Below are positions 51,101 to 52,935 of a stretch of 52,935 nt of DNA, piece after piece. Source of the stretch: a virus (lineage: Duplodnaviria; Caudoviricetes). Every line of letters starts with the position of its first letter. Position 1 is the first letter of the stretch. Where the stretch lies: IMG/VR virus record IMGVR_UViG_3300034082_003237, positions 1 through 52,935 of that record; one strand, 5' to 3'. The notes below the pieces were generated by a model, which had not been told where the DNA came from, made no database searches, and saw only the letters and a program-made list of their open reading frames with translations. Both the position numbers and the translations under genes were made by a program.

Positions 51101-52934
51101 TGATTGATATTTTTTCAACATCTTTTTCTTGTTTGAATTTTTTAGACCATTCTTGGCGTGTGGATTCATAGCTGGCAATCCACTTGGCCGCATCTTCCGG
51201 ACTCTTAAATTCATCACTTATCAATCCGCCTGGCTCACGCTCGGTGTAACCGTTGCCAAACTCAAGGCGAAGAAGTTCAGCACTCCAGTTACCGAACTCA
51301 TCCTCGGAAATATTCCACTGGTTGGGTGAGCGTGACTCACCAAGGTCTGCGTAATCCTCAAACCAATTCCTATCACCATCACGAGGCCCTTGTGCCATTT
51401 GGAATCTTGTTAGCAGCTCGTCACCAAATGCCCCCATCTCATCGGCAAGAGTTCTAATCGTTCCTTCTGGGTTTCTTACGTATCTATCGCGTGCTCCAGA
51501 AGACAGCGAAGGAGTAATTTCTCCATATTCTCCGTCGTTATTGCCAGGGATGGCCCCTGCTTCGGCAACCTTTTTGCCAAGCTTCTTGCTCATTGATGGA
51601 GACTTCGATATAGCAAAGTCGTGTGCTTTCTGCGCTTCGCCAAAGGCCTTCTTCATTGCATCAGGGTCTGATTTAAGTCTCTTCAACCAACCAGCAAGAT
51701 ATTGAGCGTGGTCTTCTCTTGGCTCTGGTGTTAAACCGTGTGCGGCCATAAAGAACGCAGAGGCTATCTCTGCAATCAATTCTTCCTGTGCGTACTCAGG
51801 GCTTCCGAAGTCGCCAAGGTGGTCTCTGTTAAGACGTGACGAGTGCCCTGTCCAGTGCATTAGTTCGTGGGCGAATACTGCGTAATATCCTTCTTTGCTC
51901 TTGAATGAAGCAAAAGGGGGCAGTGTAATCTCGTCTGTCGACGGTCTATAGAAAGCTCTATCCCCACCGTGATTTACAACCGCTCCAACCTCGGACAGTG
52001 CTTGCTCAAGTTCGGCAACTCTCTCTGCTTCTGGAAGCTCTGCAATCTTAAACTTATCCTTATCAATTCCATCAATTTGGTCAATATTGAATACATGGCC
52101 AGTCTTAAAAAATATTCCACCAGATGAGGCGATTTCTTTGCCGTCGGCATCTTTCTTCTTTGGAAGGACGGTCGGAATCATTATCATGGTTCCCTTCTCG
52201 CCCTTTCGAACTGTTCCGCCCTCTTTCTTCCACTGGTTGAATCCAGCCCAAAGAGGAGTTTTGTAGCCCATTGAGTCTTGCTTAAACATGAGCATCATGC
52301 TGTTGATACCACTGTATGGACGGTTATTGTTTGTTACGTTCTTTGGCAGTGCGGTCTTGTGCCAAGGGAACTCCCATTTTCCGTCGCCAGTCTCCTGGAT
52401 TTTTTCTATCTGTTCAATGAGTTTTTCTTGAACGCTTCTGTATACCTCGTCCATTTTCCCAGATGAAAGTTTTTGGCCAGGCTCCATCCCCTCAAGCGGG
52501 CTAACGTAGTCCCTCTCCGACCGTGGAGGACCCTGGTCTCCCGAAGAGCGACGAACAGAAACCCTAGAGAGGAATTCCTCTGCTGCGGCATCTTCTGCCT
52601 TTAGGAAATCTATGTGCGAGTTGTTTCTAGCTCTGACCTGTTCTTTGCTTATTGACAATTCCTTGGCAACCGCATCCAGTGAGGCACCAGAAGAAATCTG
52701 TTCGTTTATATACTTATTTAGAGCTTCGTCTGCTGCGTTCTCTTCAGCCATTCGATATTGTTCTTGACGGTAAGCCTCAGCGTCATCTGCATCAAGGGTA
52801 GACAGGGTTCCCCTCATCCTCGCCATATGACGCTTTTCTGCTTGCGCAACCTCTTCGCGCCTAATACCGAGAGCTGTAGCCGTTTCGGCCAGTGACTCTC
52901 CACCCATTCTTCTTTCGAATATCTCTCTATCCGA
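48108..52934 (-). CDS. Giant polyvalent protein, 5'-truncated (>1600 aa): sigma70-r4-like HTHs, ArdC (ssDNA-binding + zincin), WYL, HTH, SSG-delimited modules
   Basis: Frame stays open to the window end (SDREIFERRMGGESLAE...); W.FPW...Y.GIN...QW...G..VRKGEKG...VFN..Q; HELMHWTG...YA.EEL.AE; F.Y...RMVYP...YRSFSL.KI. Confidence 0.9.
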   Translation of the reverse strand, partial: SDREIFERRMGGESLAETATALGIRREEVAQAEKRHMARMRGTLSTLDADDAEAYRQEQYRMAEENAADEALNKYINEQISSGASLDAVAKELSISKEQVRARNNSHIDFLKAEDAAAEEFLSRVSVRRSSGDQGPPRSERDYVSPLEGMEPGQKLSSGKMDEVYRSVQEKLIEQIEKIQETGDGKWEFPWHKTALPKNVTNNNRPYSGINSMMLMFKQDSMGYKTPLWAGFNQWKKEGGTVRKGEKGTMIMIPTVLPKKKDADGKEIASSGGIFFKTGHVFNIDQIDGIDKDKFKIAELPEAERVAELEQALSEVGAVVNHGGDRAFYRPSTDEITLPPFASFKSKEGYYAVFAHELMHWTGHSSRLNRDHLGDFGSPEYAQEELIAEIASAFFMAAHGLTPEPREDHAQYLAGWLKRLKSDPDAMKKAFGEAQKAHDFAISKSPSMSKKLGKKVAEAGAIPGNNDGEYGEITPSLSSGARDRYVRNPEGTIRTLADEMGAFGDELLTRFQMAQGPRDGDRNWFEDYADLGESRSPNQWNISEDEFGNWSAELLRLEFGNGYTEREPGGLISDEFKSPEDAAKWIASYESTRQEWSKKFKQEKDVEKISIMLDEELARRDAEYQDYARISRERSDRQQYVRMIADINESRLDWTMDDWADEASDIQMELSRENSRLSSGMRSRYDDKPVEEIGLVSDALKRTDEAGSNARHIASNLLMVPVEKYDFDAIRRNGEVISFSYNGKPRMVYPTGMMTKKGGGVYFIGLDEESGQYRSFSLHKIDGIIDGADAPYNPTQPGVPQGAPRSSAQRTRNVVSDRVSGDRGLSSGRSPEDIKSDFANRVESNNTIVKAALDEIRNPRATRSRNSMFFPIEQHGDALRGVDELVSAKYEFIRSVLDGKKITPKDNYFPRVGDLFEYMSEDDFDFVDDLSMAINRITEGLVSNEELLEWVNEQTDYLRENISDLERMHFDPDNRLRRLDFDTAMQLHIDNSDGDDAEALDSMLIDANFIEATLKEVDNFYRKSRNEPDVSSLKTQIDGIEDIINEVDETTTPQDFAAKLSNFYSSTMKKLDQELSDLFRIQGDFEKNGVSLDRYKTDAPDLPEDILAPSGSGTASVANAADGNRLSSGKKTRTQGSKRRPMSDADRQAFADGVRQRAATIPGKKRPGPSKNEFGNDRLSSGRLRFPDSEARNNVGRYLEDKVKIKFGKMSENNDRSPDGKWMLDAKKLEQILKDEDGTPLSMEQSAKFLGVSQAEIEKMFEDGAGISEIDAYEFIDRAFFGGRDPGRSYETLEAIWGFDAAPYWYDRRRGNQLSRAEYEDYKEEGIAMAPQFYPTDFELPDEFVAREISKSSFPVSALAESLGVESDDELAEAITFEVDGETITPTAIQLKKWKSEGVPTSIIEQLVDNGIIPSAGDVFGEEGVKFDNSIRQFDLWKNIADTLARKGKRVKGRELDEVVGATKVQTRLRAFEAGKEGKFSKNTGKALRYTDDEVQKIVDRLNKKYDLSETVESIKSGGSMSSGRRAARRISTSGQDAVEKLSAGRENNGAPENITPRMQNEIIGWAKNAKWSGFAQSVLSQFEASGFLSPSQWTKLLQLRDNSQRRR

Positions 52935-52935
52935 T

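Noticed and set aside
38798-52469. SSG repeats as DNA recombination sites or intein boundaries
   Set aside because: Codons differ between copies (TCN versus AGY), and no intein C-terminal HN-[CST] or LAGLIDADG motifs are seen at the junctions.

Overview
This window is a 53-kb segment of a large tailed dsDNA phage genome with an HK97-fold capsid. The host is probably an Actinobacterium, judged from two WhiB genes, Gram-positive/actinobacterial LexA boxes, and an actinobacterial-type ferredoxin and SSB. It has three zones. (1) Bases 1-11.2 kb are an early-type region of small genes, many built as promoter/RBS/gene/terminator cassettes. Ten copies of one promoter (TTGGAA-18 bp-TAnnnT) drive them, three with an adjacent LexA box. 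The zone also carries 23 roughly regularly spaced copies of the heptamer AGCCCCG, which I did not find in the remaining 42 kb. (2) Bases 11.2-28.6 kb hold DNA metabolism, regulation and metabolic genes: SSB, primase-helicase, class II RNR, WhiB, lytic transglycosylase, 4 tRNAs, a 2OG-Fe dioxygenase and a ferredoxin. (3) Bases 28.6-52.9 kb are a minus-strand head module with the major capsid protein, many small head-associated proteins and two giant polyvalent proteins (~2900 aa and >1600 aa, the latter cut by the window edge). The strongest candidate for an undescribed system is in these giants. A recurring [LFM]-S-S-G linker (15 copies, with varying codons) delimits discrete cargo modules, including a complete ArdC-like module, a WYL domain and a GNAT. 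In the larger protein the cargo array appears to be inserted inside a split DUF3626/ART-like domain. This suggests a protease-processed polyprotein for packaging and delivering effectors. All family calls come from motif recognition by eye, not database searches.
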